Source: Podarcis liolepis (lineage: Eukaryota). From it: a DNA stretch of 64,000 bases. Below the pieces are notes generated by a model. The model searched no databases and had not been told where the DNA came from. It worked only from the letters and a program-made list of their open reading frames with translations. The stretch is from assembly GCA_965112155.1 (NCBI GenBank), contig OZ218103.1. The stretch is one strand, 5' to 3'. The position numbers were made by a program, and so were the translations under genes. Below are positions 58,756 through 64,000 of the stretch, in pieces; the first letter of the stretch is position 1; every line of letters begins with the position of its first letter.

Positions 58756-61700
58756 CAAGGATTGCAACCATATGTCATAGTTGTTCCAGGCACCATGAAA
58801 AGTGCTAGCCGTGAGAATGTAAGAAGAGCAGAGCTGTGTCGGGTCAAAGGCCCATCTAACATACCCTCCAACATCCCATTGATCAAAATTGGGACACTTG
58901 TGAGCTTGTTAAGATCTGCGGTGGAGACTGTTTCATGATTCCTGTCAGTAACCTAGCTGTGCCTGGCAGGGACACAGAAATGATCTTTCTCTGTGGCCAC
59001 AATGTCTTGAGCATTTCTCCCCCCCCCAAAAAAAAAAAGTAGGGCAAAAGTACTTTTGAATGTAATAAGGATATATATGGCTACCTCCACAGGATAAACA
59101 TCTGAGGCATTTTTAGGAAAGTAAAAGGGGTTTGATAGGGCTGGCAAAATTTCTCAGAGGAGTTAAACATGTATCTGGGTACTCAAACCCCATGGTATGA
59201 CTGTGCCCCTCACTCCTAGATTTATTCTATTCTCACAGTTAAAAGATGTAATACAAGTAATATTCCCTATCTCCTCTAGAAGTGCATCTGGAATCTATAG
59301 CAAAGGGGAAATATGTGATAACATTGCACCCTTAATACTGTAAAATTGAGCCAGTACACACAGTCTTTCATCACAACCCATCTAAGCTCAAGCATTTCCA
59401 TTTGCTGCAGTACAGTCTATACATTAGGACAAACTCATAAAAAGTAAATCACATCAGATATTATAGCTAGCATTAGAGGGAGGGAGGGAAATAAGGGCAG
59501 CAAGTTATTGTGTTGATGTTTTGTTTGTCTTTGCAAGCTCATTCAGGCCTTGTCAATTTATATTCCCTGAGCCTCTGCTAACTTGATCATATTGTTCCAC
59601 TAGCTGGTCTAAAGTGAATTGTTAGGCTCTAAAACCTTAAGGAGGCGCAAAGACTATTGATTGGACACGTTGCCACATTGACCTTCTCACTGAAATGCAT
59701 TGAGTCCCAGGGCTATCGTTTTCCTTTTACTCTGCCACAATGGAAGTAGGCTGTAAAGAGCCATTGTCATGACAGTTGCAGTAAAAAAGAGAGGGAAGAA
59801 AGACCCTTGTGTGCCTTGCTTTGCTAGAGGACAGGAATCTGAGAAGCCCACTGCAGGGGTATTATTACTACCACTCTGTTAAAAAAGAGAGTTGTCTTAG
59901 GGGGGGTTTGCCATTCTCATTCAAAAAGAATGAGAAAGAAATGGCCTCCAAACATTTTTCAAAGGGGATGCAAAATTTAGGTGAAATTATAACCTGCAGG
60001 GTGCATTTGTCTTACAAAGTGGCCAAGGGGTTTGTGAGAGGGAGGGCAATATCCATCTAATATCAGTGAAAGGATTTCCACTTGCACGATGCAACTTTCC
60101 CTATGTCTCCTCTCCCTCACACACCCCCTTTGCCCTCCCAAATATGTTCCAGAGGCTTGTGGGAAACTCAAAACAGATGTGGGGAGGGAGAAGAGGGGAC
60201 GAGTTGTGTTAGATACAACCCGGAGTGTCCTCTTCCATTGTGCAATCTTCTTTGGGTAATTACCAGCATGTCCTCAAAGCTCCATGGCATCATTGACTGG
60301 GCTTTCCTGAATGTGTGGGAAGAGTTACCATACATTCGGACACATGTGGGATTCAAATGATGGGATTAGCATTCAGGGGGAATTTTGGGAAACTGACAAA
60401 ATGTCCGGGTTTCCCCCCCCAAAAAAAAGCTCAACCCTACGTATCATGTAACTGGCAGCTTCACTTAAAAAAGGGGGATGAGTGTTTTACTTATAAAGAA
60501 ATTAGGCCCGTTTCTGTGGAGGTGTACAACAAGCATCTGGAGTTTCTAAAAAGCTCCAAGAGTAATAATGTCGCATGATATCTTGCCAAATCCAAAGGTT
60601 TGGAAGAAAACTTTAGGGCACAGGCCTCCACCCTTTTACGAGGTAGTGAGCACATTTGGAAGGGCTGCAGGCTCCAGTCACAAAATAGTTGCTATGTGAG
60701 TGTGAAATATAAAAAATGGCTGCCGCATCTAAAAGAGCAGAAAAGGCAACAGAGCCATAAAATGGTATGGGCACACCGTTCCACATCAGTGGAGAGAAAG
60801 GCACTTACATCAGCAGCCACTGTGCTAGCTCACAGCCAGAAGTTCTTTGCACCTTTCCAGAACAGATGTGATGGTGGGGATCCTAGCCAGGCATCTAGTA
60901 ACATGTGGGCATGTTTAAGGACATGTGCACAAGAGACTGTTTGGTGTTCCTGTTTGAATTGGCTTGGCCTCTTCTACAGCGGTCAGTATAAGCAGGAAAA
61001 CAAATGCAACAGTCCCTTGTGCAGTGTGGATTTTTAAGGGGATATCTACCTTTCATGGTCAGGAAGTACTGACAGGAGCACTGGTGCCCGTGATCACCAC
61101 ATTGTGGATCCCTGTTTTAATTTAATTTACTCACTATCATTTGGGTATGGGCGTGTTGAGGTGGTGCTCAGCTGAGCCCTGAAGGACATGAGGTCAAGAC
61201 TTAAGGCACTAATCTTAAACTCATGCCAGTGTGTACCGAATTCCTTTGCTACAAGGCCATGGAAGAGTGTGCACAGCTCATAAGTGTTCTTAGCTGTCTA
61301 ATGCACTGGACGTAAAGGTTTCTGACCAGCATTAGTATTTATGGTGTCCCTGATGGTGGAGTCTGAGGAAGGGAAGCTATTTACGATGTCAGTGATTTGA
61401 GGCCATTGTCAAAGAGTTACACCATTTTACCTCCTGCAGTAAAAGGAATTTAGAGATAAGAAGAATAAATCACTCTAGGGATTAGATTTATTCAATTGGA
61501 GCTGGATTCTGAAGGGCTTCTGAAAGGTTAGATTTAGCAATAGTTAGCCCAAGGCTGCTGCAGGGAAGCATTGTGAGAAACTTCAAAGTCCTGTTTGGAA
61601 TGATCCCTGTCCCAGTCGCTGCACGATTTCCAAAATGCCAACATGACAGTCATTGACTTATTTCCATGCAGCCTCGTTCTCTGCTTCTAAAAATACTCCC

Positions 61701-62199
61701 AAATACCCCTGTATGATTTGATTTTCCATGATGGTTGATATGAAATTTCATAAGTCTTTATTACTAGGCATGTCTGGGGGGTGGTGGGGTGTTCTTCTGT
61801 AATACAGGATGAAATGAGCATAGTGGTTCAGGGTTCCTCAATTGGAGAAGCCGGGGGGGGGGGGAGTTATCTTCCAAATGTCCTATCTTGTCAAGCACCA
61901 TCTTCCGCTGTATGTCAGCTATATCAGATCTTGACTTCTGCAAGTCAGAAACTGTCAATCTGTGTCAAATACTGATTGCTACATATTGGATATTGTCATA
62001 TGTGGAGTTCTGCTGCTTGCTAGCTGTCAGAAGCTGACAAATGTTGGCTACTGCATGCCGGATACTACACGTCACAGCTATCAGACGTTGTCATGTGGCA
62101 ACAGAGGAACATATTTACATATTTGGTGGGAACGCTCCAAATTAATCCAATGCTGGATTAATTTGCTATAATTTTTAGCTATATCCATTTCATTGCAGG

Positions 62200-62575
62200 G
62201 TATTATTTATTTATTTTATTGTTTTATTTATTTCAGAAAATTTATATGCTGCTTGATTGTTTAAAAACACACACACTGAAGTGGTTTTTAAAAAGATAAA
62301 AAGATAAAATCAAGAAAAAAAATATAATTATACAAACGTTTACAACAGATTGAAATTACCTCAGCTTCTGAAGCATCTGGCTAGGCTTGTGTAGTTAAGA
62401 ACATTTTAGCAGGTGCTGAAAAGAGTACAGTGAGATGCCTGCTTGATCTCAATAGGCAAGGTGTTCCAAAGTGCAGATGCTGCCACACTAAACCATCAGG
62501 TATTATGTGGCACCTGCAGCAGTGACAATTCCACCGAATGAAGCAGTCCAGTGGGCACCTCTGGGGTAAGGAGAT
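62200..62575 (-). mobile_element. Decayed L2-like LINE 3' remnant
   Basis: (TTTA)-rich tail followed by GGCAAGGTGTTCCAAAGTGCAGATGCTGCCACAC, resembling GGGAGGGCGTTCCACAGGGCGGGTGCCAC at 34494. Confidence 0.45.
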
Positions 62576-62861
62576 GCTGCATTGAACATTAAAATCTACT
62601 TACCGTTCTGTTGGGTTACTTAGAGGAATAGAATATTCAGTTCCTTGCACTAATGTTAATTAATGGGCCTTTTGTTAACAACAGCCATATTTCAACTTCA
62701 CGATGAAAATGACCGCAAGGTGGTACCTATTAAAGGGTGCTTTGACAAAATATGGGAATTGTTTTTGACAGGATAAAGTATCCATGCAGATTAGTACTAT
62801 TTTGCACCCTAATTCCAATGATGAGTGCTTGAGAACAGGGTTCTAGTTTCTAATAAATGTA

Positions 62862-63103
62862 CAGTGGTACCTCAGGTTAAGTACTTAATTCATTCTGGAG
62901 GACTGTTCTTAAACTGAAACTGTTCTTAACCTGAAGCACCGCTTTAGCTAATGGGGTCTCCCGCTGCCGCCGCACCGCCGGAGCACGATTTCTGTTCTCA
63001 TCCTGAAGCAAAGTTCTTAACCTGAAGTACTATTTCTGGGTTAGTGGAGTCTGTAACCTGAAGCATATGTAACCTGAAGCATATGTAACCCGAGGTACCA
63101 CTG
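62862..63103. mobile_element. Tigger/pogo-like MITE
   Basis: TIRs CAGTGGTACCTCAGGTTA / TAACCCGAGGTACCACTG; TA at both ends; repeated TAACCTGAAG motif. Confidence 0.9.
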
Positions 63104-64000
63104 TAGTTGTTAAATGGGGGGGGGGAGGTTATAGCCATAGTCAGTCCTACTCAAGAGTACACCAAGTACTGGTGTCAGGCTATTTTGTGCCCTAGGCAAG
63201 ACTAACTACTTGTACCCCCCCCTCTAGAAAAACTCTATCAGATGTCCTGTAGAAAAAATGAAAAGCACAAAACTTGAAACCGCTAAATTTATATCAAATT
63301 GCAAGGATAAGTAATATTCTTTGATTATCTTTCCCAAATACCAAAGAAAATGTTTTAGCACACAAATACTGTGAATTGTGATGTTAAAATTTAAGTCTCT
63401 TAAAAGTTTTAATTTCAGGTGCATCAAAATCTCACGTTGCGTGCCTTTTCTTTAGCAAATTTTGTCACCAGTTCCTTCAGGTCATGCTTGGGGATGTTCA
63501 AGTGATATAGTTGCCAAACCAATGAGTCTCTTTTGCAACATTGTTGAGTGTATGCCACTTTTTATAAGTTTGAGCTTCGAGAAATTGTTCAAAATATAAA
63601 ATAAAAGTGAAATATTATCAGAAATGTGTAAGATATAACAAAAACTAACCTGTATAAAACTGTGCCCCTCTGTTAGATGCTGTCAAATATTCAGATGTCC
63701 AAAACTGGTGATCAGGAAGAAATATTTGGCCAAAGCACAGCCAGTGAAACATTCACAGAGAAGAATTTTGAAGAGATGGAGTGGGGGGGGGAGTCATGTA
63801 AGCTCTGATGTTCATCTTGCTGAACTGTTTTGCTGCTGCCACCCTCTTAAAAGTATCCAGGTACAAAGGACCTTATTATTATTATTATTAAGAATGTATG
63901 AAATGAACAAACTTTGGGACATCCTATATCTAGGAAGAAGACTATTTTACTTTTTACTTTTGCTGTCCAGACACTATCTCACCCATGAGCTCACAGACAG

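Noticed and set aside
1-64000. Host protein-coding gene or known miRNA
   Set aside because: No ORF or exon resembled a protein family I recognise other than TE proteins; short seed-like matches (for example TGGAATGTA at about 984) did not extend to a mature miRNA or hairpin.

Overview
Vertebrate genomic DNA, almost certainly from a lacertid lizard: it carries Sauria/Squam1 SINEs with (ACCTTT)n tails, Squam3-type SINEs with (CTT)n tails and squamate-type Penelope fragments. I find no recognisable host protein-coding exon, tRNA gene or rRNA gene. The window reads as a gene desert or very large intron, dense in transposons, with several TE-free blocks that look like enhancers and one 155-N gap. 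The long GC-rich ORFs are artefacts of CpG-rich cargo inside non-autonomous hAT transposons. Highlights: (1) three hAT elements with intact TIRs and 8-bp TSDs hold essentially all the CpG-island-like DNA in the window, and one carries what looks like a captured bidirectional promoter with ZNF143/THAP11-type motifs (Pack-MULE-like capture); (2) that element splits the RNase H of a Ty1/copia remnant, which itself sits inside another DNA transposon; (3) a minimal type I hammerhead ribozyme lies in an inverted Penelope-like insertion; (4) an LTR is followed by 35 nt complementary to tRNA-Ser(GCU), about twice a normal primer-binding site; (5) a composite RFX X-box + E-box motif occurs twice in unique DNA. 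Family names come from my recollection of consensus sequences, not from a database search.
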